A DNA stretch of 64,000 nucleotides from Allosphingosinicella sp. (GTDB lineage: Bacteria; Pseudomonadota; Alphaproteobacteria; Sphingomonadales; Sphingomonadaceae). Position numbers and translations under genes: made by a program. The stretch's first letter is position 1. Each line of letters begins with the position of its first letter. The notes under the pieces were generated by a model. The model was not told the origin of the DNA, ran no database searches, and saw nothing but the letters and a program-made list of their open reading frames with translations. Below are positions 9,353-17,850 of this stretch, piece after piece. The DNA lies in the NCBI GenBank assembly GCA_036388575.1, contig DASVRO010000064.1, positions 11,782-75,781 on the forward strand, written 5' to 3'.

Positions 9353-10509
9353 GCCCGGCGCTCGCGCAGGGCGGTCATCGCCCGGCTCAACGGCACCGGC
9401 GGCCGGCCGCTCAGGATCCTGAGCTTGTCGAGGGCGGTCAGCCGGCCGGCATAGAAACGCGCGATCAGCGGCTCGGGAAGCCGATAGAAATGCTCGAGCA
9501 CGCGGTAGCGCCGCTTCGGCTCGGCGGCCCGGAACAGCATCCGGTTGAGCCGCTGGTAGAAACGGCGCTGGTGCCAGAGCGCCTGCGCTCGCCGGCGGAA
9601 GAGGGCGTGCAAGGCGCCGCCGGTCAAATCCGCCTGCTCGGTCAGAAGGACGGCGTTGCGGACCGCGTCGGGCAGGGAATAGCCGGTCGTCGGGTGGAAG
9701 AAGCCGCCGCGCAGGCCGAGCCGGGCGACCGGCGGGTCGGAGACGCTCCACAGGTCTTCAAGCCGGCCGCCGAGCAGGATCGGCAGGACGCCGGCCTCCT
9801 GCGCGATGATCTCGGTGGGCACGAGGCCGCGGCGGCGAAGATGGCTGCCGACCCGGCAGCGCACGAGCGGAACGTCGAGGACCGGCGAGGTCGAGTAATA
9901 AGTGTCCTCGACCAGCAATTCGGTGGCGCTGAACGGCAGGCTGTAGACGAAGCGATAGCCGTCGTCCTGCTCGACGCAGGCGTCCATGATGACCGGCCGG
10001 TCGACCCCGTGCCCGTCGGCGAAGCGGCAGGTGAGGCCGACGAACTTCTGCCAGGCGAGGTCGAGCCCGGGCTGCGGTCCGGCTCCGCGCGCGTCGATCA
10101 CCGCCGCCGCCTCCAGTCGCTCGCCGCTCGCCAAAGTGACGTGATCCGGTGCGATGCCGGCGATCCGGCTTCGGAGGCGATAGCGCTCCGGCGCCAGGGC
10201 GGAGTGCGTCAGGGCGTCGAGATCGGCCGATCTCACGCTGTTGTAGCCGAAACCGAGCGTCCGGACCCGGTTCGGGAAGCGGACCTCGTGATCGCTCCAG
10301 CGGCGCCCGACCAGCGGATCGACCAGCCAGCGGTCGACGTCGGCCACGTCCGCGTCGAAGAAGGACCAGACATGGTTGCCGCCGAACCGCTCGCCTTCCT
10401 CGACGATGAGGAAATCGACGTCCGGCCGCCGCCCGGCCAGCGCGAGCGCGGCGAGGCAGCCGGCGAGGCCGCCGCCGGCGATGATCAGCCGGGGCCTGGG
10501 TCCGGTCAC
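9349..10509 (-). CDS. crtY: Lycopene beta-cyclase
   Basis: IAGGGLAG, GGNH.WSF, QKFVG, EDTYY, FHPTTGYSLP; start uncertain (GTG 10509 or ATG 10533). Confidence 0.93.
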   Translation of the reverse strand: MTGPRPRLIIAGGGLAGCLAALALAGRRPDVDFLIVEEGERFGGNHVWSFFDADVADVDRWLVDPLVGRRWSDHEVRFPNRVRTLGFGYNSVRSADLDALTHSALAPERYRLRSRIAGIAPDHVTLASGERLEAAAVIDARGAGPQPGLDLAWQKFVGLTCRFADGHGVDRPVIMDACVEQDDGYRFVYSLPFSATELLVEDTYYSTSPVLDVPLVRCRVGSHLRRRGLVPTEIIAQEAGVLPILLGGRLEDLWSVSDPPVARLGLRGGFFHPTTGYSLPDAVRNAVLLTEQADLTGGALHALFRRRAQALWHQRRFYQRLNRMLFRAAEPKRRYRVLEHFYRLPEPLIARFYAGRLTALDKLRILSGRPPVPLSRAMTALRERRA

Positions 10510-10516
10510 CACCGAC

Positions 10517-10536
10517 CCCCGCCTAAAGGCCATATG
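10517..10536 (+). promoter_or_regulatory. Candidate EL222-type operator in the crtY/DUF2141 divergent region
   Basis: CGCCTAAAGGCC matches RGNCYWWRGNCY at 11/12 positions and is followed by AT as in the other two sites. Confidence 0.5.
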
Positions 10537-10571
10537 GCCGCCCCGCCCTCGTCCGGGTAGCGCGTCGCGCT

Positions 10572-11000
10572 ATGCCCCGATTCCTGCTCCTCGTGCCCGT
10601 CCTTCTTATTCTCGCCGCGGCGAAGGGCCCGACCGCCGACATCGAGATCTCGATCCAGAAGCTCCGCAACCGGAAGGGCGACGTGCAGCTCTGCCTGACC
10701 CGCGAGCCGGCCCATTTCCCCGATTGCAAGAGCGATCCCCGGGCGGTGACCCGAAGCGCCCCGGCGACCGCCGGCTCGATCCGTATCGCCGGCCTTGCGC
10801 CCGGCGGCTATGCCGTCGCGGTCTTTCATGACGAGAACCGCAACCGGAAGCTGGACATGCTGATCGGAATCCCGCGCGAGGGGTTTGGCTTCTCGAGAAA
10901 TCCGGTGGTGCGCTTCGGGGCGCCGAAGTTTCGGCAGGTACGCATCGATCTGCGGGCGGGCTTCACTCGCGAAGCCGTCCGCATGCAATACCTGCTTTAG
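10572..11000 (+). CDS. DUF2141 family exported protein
   Basis: Signal peptide; G.YAVAVFHDEN.N.KLD...GIP.EGFGFS.N signature. Confidence 0.85.
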   Translation: MPRFLLLVPVLLILAAAKGPTADIEISIQKLRNRKGDVQLCLTREPAHFPDCKSDPRAVTRSAPATAGSIRIAGLAPGGYAVAVFHDENRNRKLDMLIGIPREGFGFSRNPVVRFGAPKFRQVRIDLRAGFTREAVRMQYLL

Positions 11001-11008
11001 TCCATGTG
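10989..11008 (+). promoter_or_regulatory. Candidate EL222-type operator upstream of ispH
   Basis: TACCTGCTTTAGTCCATGTG; contains CTTTAGTCCATG, identical to the 3' 12 nt of the EL222 C120 site as recalled. Confidence 0.5.
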
Positions 11009-11064
11009 GATTCGCCCCGGCCGCCCGCTTAGGCTTTGCGGCGGGGGCGACGAGCAAGGATGCG

Positions 11065-12024
11065 ATGATCGACCCCGACGCCCGTGAAAGCCTTCCTCCG
11101 CTGGACATCTTGCTGGCCGCGCCGCGGGGCTTTTGCGCCGGGGTAAGGCGCGCGATCCAGGCGGTGCGGGACGCGCTCCGGGTCCACGGCGCCCCGGTCT
11201 ACGTGCGCCGGCCGATCGTCCACAACCTGCGGGTGGTCCGGGCCCTGGAGGCCGAGGGCGCCGTCTTCGTGGAGGAGCTGTGGGAGGTTCCGGAAGGGTC
11301 GGTGGTGATCCTGTCCGCCCACGGGGTCGCTCCGGCGGTCGCCGAGGAAGCGGCGCTTCTCGGCCTGATCGTCTACGACGCCGTCTGCCCGCTCGTCGCC
11401 AAGGTCCATCGCGAGGTCGAGCGGCATCACCGCGCCGGCCGCCACGTCATCCTCGTTGGCCACGAGGAGCATCCGGAGATCGCCGGAACGCTCGGCCACG
11501 CCCCGCCCGGAGCCGTCTCGGTGATCCGCGACTCCGCCGGGGCCGCCGCCTTGCCCTTCGCGGCGGACCGGCGCCTCGCCCTCGCCGTCCAGACCACTTA
11601 CTCGGTCGACGAGGCGGCCGAGGTCACTGCCGCCCTCGACGCCCGCTTCGCCGACCTCGTCCGCCCGGCCGGCGGCGACATCTGCTATGCGACCACCAAC
11701 CGGCAGTCGGCGGTCCGGGCGATCGCCGCCCGCGCCGACGCGATGATCGTCGCGGGCGAAAGCTTCTCCTCGAACGCCTGCCGTCTCGCCGAGGTCGCCG
11801 CCTCGGCCGGCTGCCGGGCGGTCCAGCGCGTGACCGGCCCCGAGGAGCTCGACTGGTCGAGGCTCCCGAAGAGCGGCTCCCTCGGCATCACGGCCGCCGC
11901 TTCCACTCCGGAAAGCGTCGTCGCCGACATTTTGGAAGCGCTCGCAGCGACCTATCGCCTGCGCATCGAGGAGGTCGGCGCCGTCGAGGAGAATATGACG
12001 TTCAAGCGGGTGGCGATCGGATGA
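11065..12024 (+). CDS. ispH: 4-hydroxy-3-methylbut-2-enyl diphosphate reductase
   Basis: PRGFCAGV, IVHN, SAHGV, DAVCPLV, GH..HPE, DICYATTNRQ, SSN: all three Fe-S cysteines present. Confidence 0.93.
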   Translation: MIDPDARESLPPLDILLAAPRGFCAGVRRAIQAVRDALRVHGAPVYVRRPIVHNLRVVRALEAEGAVFVEELWEVPEGSVVILSAHGVAPAVAEEAALLGLIVYDAVCPLVAKVHREVERHHRAGRHVILVGHEEHPEIAGTLGHAPPGAVSVIRDSAGAAALPFAADRRLALAVQTTYSVDEAAEVTAALDARFADLVRPAGGDICYATTNRQSAVRAIAARADAMIVAGESFSSNACRLAEVAASAGCRAVQRVTGPEELDWSRLPKSGSLGITAAASTPESVVADILEALAATYRLRIEEVGAVEENMTFKRVAIG

Positions 12025-12932
12025 CGATGATCGACACCGTCCGGGCCGAGATCGGCCTCGGCCCCTCGATGCGCCGAGCCGCGGCCGACATCGACGCCCT
12101 GTTCGAGGCGATCCTGGCCGATCCGCCCGACCCCCGCCGCCGCCTCTACCAGGCGATGCGCTACGCGGCGGTCGGCGGCGGCAAGAGGCTTCGCCCGCTC
12201 CTCACGATCGCCGCCTCGGACCTGTTCGCGGTGCCGCGCGAGAGCGCGGTCCGGGCCGGGCTCGCGGTCGAATGCGTCCACGTCCATTCGCTCATCCACG
12301 ACGATCTTCCCTGCATGGACGACGACGACCTGCGCCGTGGCAAGCCGACCGTCCACCGCGCCTTCGACGAGGCCACCGCAGTCCTCGCCGGCGACGCGCT
12401 GCTCGCTTTGGCTTTCGAGATTCTGGGCGATCCGGCGATGCCGGTCTCCGGCGACATCCGCGCCGAGCTGGTCTGCGAGCTCGCCCGGGCCGCCGGAGCC
12501 GCCGGAATGGCCGGCGGCCAGATGCTCGACCTGTTCCCCGCCGAAGCGCCCGACCTCGACTCGATCACCCGCCTCCAGCGCCTCAAGACCGGGGCGCTGA
12601 TCGGCTGGTGCGTCGAAGCCGGAGCGATCATGGGCCAGGCCTCGGCCGAGGACCGCACCAGCCTTCGCGGCTACGCCCATTGCCTCGGTCTCGCCTTCCA
12701 GATCGCCGACGACCTGCTCGACCATGACGGCGACGAGGCGCGGGTCGGCAAGCGGCTTCGCAAGGATGAGGACCAGGGCAAGGTCACCTTCGTCACGATG
12801 CTCGGCGTGGAGCGGGCCCGCCGCCAGGCGCGGCTCCTGGTCGATCAGGCGAGCGAGCATCTCCAGGGTTTCGGTCCCGATTCGGCGCTGCTCGCCGCGA
12901 TCGCCCGGTTCGCCATCAGCCGGGATCACTGA
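12021..12932 (+). CDS. crtE: Polyprenyl diphosphate synthase, probably GGPP synthase (CrtE role, IspA-like sequence)
   Basis: GGKRLRP, HDDLPCMDDDDLRRG (FARM), KTGAL, FQIADDLLD (SARM); ATGA overlap with ispH. Confidence 0.85.
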   Translation: MTMIDTVRAEIGLGPSMRRAAADIDALFEAILADPPDPRRRLYQAMRYAAVGGGKRLRPLLTIAASDLFAVPRESAVRAGLAVECVHVHSLIHDDLPCMDDDDLRRGKPTVHRAFDEATAVLAGDALLALAFEILGDPAMPVSGDIRAELVCELARAAGAAGMAGGQMLDLFPAEAPDLDSITRLQRLKTGALIGWCVEAGAIMGQASAEDRTSLRGYAHCLGLAFQIADDLLDHDGDEARVGKRLRKDEDQGKVTFVTMLGVERARRQARLLVDQASEHLQGFGPDSALLAAIARFAISRDH

Positions 12933-13581
12933 GCTGGACGCCGGCCTCGACCCCCACCCGGATCGCCTCCGCGGAGCTGCCGACGCCGAGCCTCGTCAGC
13001 AGGCTGGCGCGGTGCATCTTCACCGTCTTCTCGTCGATGGCGAGGAAGCCGGCGATCTGCTTGTTGCGATAGCCCGCGATCATATGCTCGAGCACCTGAT
13101 GCTGGCGCGGGGTCAGCGTGCGCACGAGGTCCCCGGCCTGCTGCCGACGCGAGGTGGAGAGCCCGGCGCCGGCGCCGACGTCCATTTGGGAGCCGAGAAA
13201 ATAGGCAACTTCGCCATCATCGCCCACAACCGGAGCGATCATCACGGCGTTGAGGAAAGCGCTTCCGTCCTTGCGGTAATTGGTCAGCTCGACGAGTATT
13301 GGCCGGCCTTCCGCCACCGCCCGCCTAAGCCTCGCGCGGGCGTCCGGCTCGGTGGCGCGACCGGCCAGGAACCGGCAGTTGCGCCCGACGATCTCCTCCC
13401 GCCCATAGCCGGTCAGCTCGCAGAAGCGGCGATTGACCGCAACGATCGGATTGTCCGCCAGGCGCGCGTCGGTGATCACCGACGCGATCGGGCTGTGGTC
13501 GATCGAGGCGAGCAGCCCCTCGGTGCCATCGAGCCTGTCTATTGAGCCGAATGCCGTCACAGGCCGCTTCTCTAGCATCAC
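12916..13581 (-). CDS. EL222-like LOV-LuxR HTH blue-light transcription factor
   Basis: DNPIV..N..F..LTGY..EEIVGRNCRFL (photoactive Cys), NYRKDG, FLGSQ, then LTPRQ..VL...GYRNKQIA..L.IDEKTVKMHR HTH. Confidence 0.93.
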   Translation of the reverse strand: MMLEKRPVTAFGSIDRLDGTEGLLASIDHSPIASVITDARLADNPIVAVNRRFCELTGYGREEIVGRNCRFLAGRATEPDARARLRRAVAEGRPILVELTNYRKDGSAFLNAVMIAPVVGDDGEVAYFLGSQMDVGAGAGLSTSRRQQAGDLVRTLTPRQHQVLEHMIAGYRNKQIAGFLAIDEKTVKMHRASLLTRLGVGSSAEAIRVGVEAGVQLSDPG

Positions 13582-13649
13582 CGGAGCCGCTTGAAAAATC
13601 CCGCCGACTCAAGGGGCTTGCGCCACCCGGCGCGACTGGCTAGGGCGTG

Positions 13650-13669
13650 CCAGCGTATTAACACGTTGG
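13650..13669. promoter_or_regulatory. Imperfect palindrome, candidate operator of the TrpR-like his regulator
   Basis: CCAGCGTATTAACACGTTGG, 16/20 self-complementary, 11 nt before the first his-operon ATG. Confidence 0.45.
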
Positions 13670-13680
13670 AACAAAAAACG

Positions 13681-14007
13681 ATGGCCGAGAGCCCTCCCGT
13701 CACGCCGACCCGCGACCCGGACGCCCTCGCCGCCGACCTGTGCGCGGCGCTGCTGGCTCCCGCTGATGCTTCAGAGATGGAGCGGCTTCTGCTCGACCTG
13801 TGCACCCCGGCCGAGATTCGGACGCTCGCCGAGCGCTGGCACGTCGCCCGGCTGCTCGACGGCACCGGCCTGTCCTACCGCGAGATCCACGATGCCACCG
13901 GAGTCAGCACGACCACCGTCGTCCGCGTCGCCCGCTTCCTGCGCGAGGAGCGCAACGGCGGCTACCGCCGCGCCATCGACGCGCTGGGGGCCGGCGATGC
14001 TGGTTGA
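13681..14007 (+). CDS. YerC/YecD TrpR-like repressor
   Basis: LLDLCTPAEI..LAERW.VA.LL....SYREI...TGVST.TV.RVAR.L. Confidence 0.88.
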   Translation: MAESPPVTPTRDPDALAADLCAALLAPADASEMERLLLDLCTPAEIRTLAERWHVARLLDGTGLSYREIHDATGVSTTTVVRVARFLREERNGGYRRAIDALGAGDAG

Positions 14008-14887
14008 CGAGACCCGGCTCCACATCGCCATCCAGAAGGCCGGCCGACTTTCCGATTTCAGCCTCGGCCTGCTCAAGGATTGCGGCCTGCGCATCCAGAA
14101 CGGCCGCAATTCGCTCACCGCCCGGGTGGAGAATTTCCCGGCGGACCTCATGCTGGTGCGCGACGACGACATCCCGACCTTCGTCGGCGACGGAGTCTGC
14201 GAATTCGGGATCGTCGGCGAGAACGTCCTCGAGGAATTCGAGTTGGGCGAGGCCGAGCCGCGGGTCGAGGTCGTCGCGCCGCTCGGCTTCGGCCGCTGCA
14301 CCCTCAAGCTGGCGGCGCCCGAGCCGGTCGCTTATGAGGGCCCCGCTTCGCTTCAGGGCGCGCGCATCGCCACCACCTATCCGCGCATCGTCCAGCGTTT
14401 CCTCGACCGCAATCAGGTCACCGCCACGGTCGTCAAGATGAACGGCGCCGTGGAGCTTGCGCCGCGGCTGCATATCGCCCCGTTCATCTGCGACCTCGTC
14501 TCCACCGGCGCCACCCTCGAGGCGAACGGCCTGCGCGCGGTGGAGACCGTGTTCGACAGCGAGGCGGTGCTGATCCGGACGAAGAAGGCCGTCTCGGACT
14601 CGAAGCGGGAGCAGGGCGGGCGGCTCCTGAGCCGGATCGAAGGCGTGCTCGCGACCAAGGAGTCCAAATATATCATGCTCAACGCGCCGGGCGAGGCGCT
14701 GAGGGAGATCGCCGCGATCCTGCCCGGAGCCGGAGCGCCGACGATCATTCCGCTTCACGGCCGCGCCGGCCATTTCGCGGTCCACGCCGTTTGCCAGGAA
14801 TCGGTCTTCTGGGAGACGCTTCAGAAGCTGAAAGGGGCGGGCGCCTCGGCCATCCTCGTCCTTCCGATCGAAAAGATGATGATGTGA
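13997..14887 (+). CDS. hisG: ATP phosphoribosyltransferase, long form
   Basis: IAIQK.GRL, VRDDDIP, GAVELAP, DLVSTGATL; C-terminal regulatory domain ending LVLPIEKMM. Confidence 0.95.
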   Translation: MLVDETRLHIAIQKAGRLSDFSLGLLKDCGLRIQNGRNSLTARVENFPADLMLVRDDDIPTFVGDGVCEFGIVGENVLEEFELGEAEPRVEVVAPLGFGRCTLKLAAPEPVAYEGPASLQGARIATTYPRIVQRFLDRNQVTATVVKMNGAVELAPRLHIAPFICDLVSTGATLEANGLRAVETVFDSEAVLIRTKKAVSDSKREQGGRLLSRIEGVLATKESKYIMLNAPGEALREIAAILPGAGAPTIIPLHGRAGHFAVHAVCQESVFWETLQKLKGAGASAILVLPIEKMMM

Positions 14888-16182
14888 GGATATTCGACTG
14901 GAGCCGGCTCGATCCGGCCGGCCGGCGCGAGGCGCTGGCCCGGCCGGCGCGGCGCAGCGACCCGGCCCTGCAGGCGGCGGTCCGGGCGATCGTCGAGGAC
15001 GTGCGCGACCGCGGCTGGGCCGGGCTTGCCGCCCAGGCCCTGCGCCTCGACGGCGAGCTGCCGAGGCGGGTTCCCGTCGCGCCCGTCGCCGCCGAGGCCC
15101 GGCGGATCCTGGCGCCGGAGCAGCTGGAGGCGATCGAGCTCGCCGCCGCCAACATCCGCGCCTTCCACGCCGGCAGCCTTCCGGCCGAGCACCGGGTCGA
15201 GACGATGCCGGGCCTCACCGTTCGCAAGATCTGGCGGCCCATCGACCGGATCGGCCTCTACATACCGGGCGGCCGCACGCCGCTCTTCTCGACCCTGCTC
15301 ATGCTCGCCCTGCCGGCGCGGGCGGCGGGCGTACGCGAGATAGTGACAGTCACTCCGCCGTGGCCGGAGGGTGGGCTCGATCCGGTCGTCGCGCTCGCCG
15401 CGGAAATCTGCGGGATCGAGGCGGTGTGGACCGCCGGCGGCGCGCAGGCGATCGCCGCCCTCGCCTTCGGCGCCGGGGAAATTCCCCGGGTCGACAAGAT
15501 ATGCGGCCCCGGCAACGCCTGGGTGGCGGAGGCCAAGAGCTTCGTCGCCTCCCTGCCCGGCGGTCCCGCCATCGACATGCCGGCAGGGCCGAGCGAGCTG
15601 CTGGTCGTGGCCGACGGGGCCGCGGATCCGGCCACCGTCGCAGCCGACCTGCTCAGCCAGGCCGAGCACGACCCGTCGGCGCAGGTGCTGCTGGTGACGC
15701 CCTCCGCCGCCCTCGCCGAGGCGGCTAGGGCCGAGCTGTCGGCACGAATTGCCTTCTTGCCGCGCAGGGAGATCGCCGAAGCCTCGCTCGCGGAGGCGCG
15801 GATCGTCCTTTGCGCCGATCTCGATGAGGCCGTCGAAATAGCTAATTCATACGCGCCGGAGCATCTGTCGCTGGCGGTCGCGGATCCTGAGCCCCTCGTC
15901 GCGCTCGTCCGCAATGCCGGCGCCGTCTTCGCCGGCCCGGGCGCGGCCGAGACGTTCGGCGATTATCTGGCGGGCTCCAGCCACGTCCTCCCCACCGACG
16001 GCGCCGCCCGCGCCTGGAGCGGCGTCTCGGTCCACACTTTCCTCAAGGCGATCGGCGTCCAGACCGTCACGCCCGAGGCCGCCCGGCGAATTGCCGGTCC
16101 GGCCGCCCTGCTGGCCCGGCTCGAGGGGCTGGAGGCGCACGCCCGCGCCGCCGACGCTCGGCTCGAGGCGGCGCTGCCATGA
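14884..16182 (+). CDS. hisD: Histidinol dehydrogenase
   Basis: GLYIPGG, GGAQAIAALAFG, GPGN, IDMPAGPSE, SQAEHD, APEHL; GTG start. Confidence 0.95.
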   Translation: MRIFDWSRLDPAGRREALARPARRSDPALQAAVRAIVEDVRDRGWAGLAAQALRLDGELPRRVPVAPVAAEARRILAPEQLEAIELAAANIRAFHAGSLPAEHRVETMPGLTVRKIWRPIDRIGLYIPGGRTPLFSTLLMLALPARAAGVREIVTVTPPWPEGGLDPVVALAAEICGIEAVWTAGGAQAIAALAFGAGEIPRVDKICGPGNAWVAEAKSFVASLPGGPAIDMPAGPSELLVVADGAADPATVAADLLSQAEHDPSAQVLLVTPSAALAEAARAELSARIAFLPRREIAEASLAEARIVLCADLDEAVEIANSYAPEHLSLAVADPEPLVALVRNAGAVFAGPGAAETFGDYLAGSSHVLPTDGAARAWSGVSVHTFLKAIGVQTVTPEAARRIAGPAALLARLEGLEAHARAADARLEAALP

Positions 16183-17837
16183 CCTCGCTCGCGACCCGGC
16201 TCGCCCGACCCGAAATCCTCGCGCTTCCGGAGTTCGACATCGCGGCCAATGCCAACGATTCGTTCGGAAGCGACGCGATCAGGCTCGACGCCAACGAAAA
16301 CCCCTATGCCCCGCTGGTCGACGGGCCCCTCGCGGCCGGGCTCAACCGTTACCCGGAGCCGCAGCCGGCCCGGCTGAAGCAGGCGATGGCGGCGCTCTAT
16401 GGCGTGTCGGCCGAGAACCTCGTCGTAACCCGCGGCGCGGACGATGCGATCGACATCCTTGTCCGCACCTTCTGCCGCCCCGGAGTGGATGCGGTGTCGA
16501 TCTGCACTCCGACCTTCTCCGCCTACGGCCACTTCGCGCGGCTGCAGGGCGCCCGGATCATCGAGGTGCCGCTCGATCCGGAGTTCGACTTCGATGCTGG
16601 AAGCTTCATCGACGCGGCCGGCCGCGAGCCGAACCTGAAGCTGGCCTTCATCTGCGGCCCGAACAACCCGACCGGCAATCCCGTCCCGCTGGCGCGGATC
16701 GAAGCCGTGGCCCTCGCCCTGCCGGACACGATCGTCGTCGTCGACGAGGCCTATATCGAGTTTTCGGAGCAGGCGAGCGCGGCAGGGCGGGCCGCCCGGA
16801 GCGGCAACATGGTCGTCCTGCGAACGCTGTCCAAGGCTTACGGCCTCGCCGGAGCGCGCGTCGGCTGCGCGATCGGCCATCCGGAAACCATCGCTCTCCT
16901 CACCCGAGCCCTGCCGCCCTACCCGCTGCCGAGCCTGTCGATAGAAGCCGCGATGTCGGCGCTGTCTCCTTCGCGCCGGCTCGTCCATGAGGAGCGGATC
17001 GCCCGCATCAAGGCGGATCGCGACCGGATGGCGGAGCAGATCGCCCGCTCGCCGCTGGTCCGGCGGGTCCGATCCGGAGGGGGCAACTTCCTGTTTCTCG
17101 AAGTCGAGGATCCGGACGGGCTGGCGAGGAAGCTGCGCAGCCTGGGCATCCGGGTCCGCTTCCGGCCCAACGCGGCGCCCGGCGGAGTGCGCCTCACCGT
17201 CGGCACCGAAGCCGAGAATATCGCCGCCCTCGCCGCCTTCGGGGTGGCGCCCGAGGCCGCTCCCGGCCGCCGCGCCGAGCTGGTCCGCGACACCAGGGAG
17301 ACCCGGATCGCGGTCGCGGTCGATCTCGACCGCGCGTCGCCGCGCCGGATCGAGACCGGAATCCCCTTCTACGACCATATGCTCGACCAGGTCGCGGCGC
17401 ATGGCGGCTTCTCGCTGATCCTGTCCTGCGACGGCGATCTCGAGATCGACGGGCATCACAGCGTCGAGGATTGCGCGATCGCCTTCGGCACCGCCCTGTC
17501 GCGGGCGCTCGGTGACCGCCGGGGCATCGGCCGCTTCGGTTTCTCGCTGCCGATGGACGAGGCCGAGGCGCACGTCCTCCTCGACCTTTCCGCCCGCCCC
17601 TACGCGGTCTTCGAGGGACGCTTCGAAGCGAGCCATATCGGCGCCTACCCGACCGAGATGACCCGGCACGTCTTCCGAAGCCTCGCCGACGGCCTCGGAG
17701 CGGCGATCCACGTCCGGGTCGAGGGCGAGAACGACCATCACAAGACCGAAGCCTGCTTCAAGGCGTTCGGCCGGGCGCTCCGCCAAGCGGTGGCGCGCGG
17801 CGGCGACGCGCTGCCGAGCACCAAGGGGGTATTGTGA
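16179..17837 (+). CDS. hisC: Fused histidinol-phosphate aminotransferase (HisC) / imidazoleglycerol-phosphate dehydratase (HisB)
   Basis: N-terminal NENPY, NNPTG, DEAY, RTLSKAYGLAG.RVG; C-terminal TGIPFYDHML, HHSVED, HHKTEACFKAFGRALR, PSTKGVL in one ORF. Confidence 0.93.
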   Translation: MTSLATRLARPEILALPEFDIAANANDSFGSDAIRLDANENPYAPLVDGPLAAGLNRYPEPQPARLKQAMAALYGVSAENLVVTRGADDAIDILVRTFCRPGVDAVSICTPTFSAYGHFARLQGARIIEVPLDPEFDFDAGSFIDAAGREPNLKLAFICGPNNPTGNPVPLARIEAVALALPDTIVVVDEAYIEFSEQASAAGRAARSGNMVVLRTLSKAYGLAGARVGCAIGHPETIALLTRALPPYPLPSLSIEAAMSALSPSRRLVHEERIARIKADRDRMAEQIARSPLVRRVRSGGGNFLFLEVEDPDGLARKLRSLGIRVRFRPNAAPGGVRLTVGTEAENIAALAAFGVAPEAAPGRRAELVRDTRETRIAVAVDLDRASPRRIETGIPFYDHMLDQVAAHGGFSLILSCDGDLEIDGHHSVEDCAIAFGTALSRALGDRRGIGRFGFSLPMDEAEAHVLLDLSARPYAVFEGRFEASHIGAYPTEMTRHVFRSLADGLGAAIHVRVEGENDHHKTEACFKAFGRALRQAVARGGDALPSTKGVL

Positions 17838-17850
17838 GGGCCTCGCGCCT

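Noticed and set aside
13582-13680. His leader peptide / attenuator
   Set aside because: No run of His codons and no terminator-antiterminator structure visible
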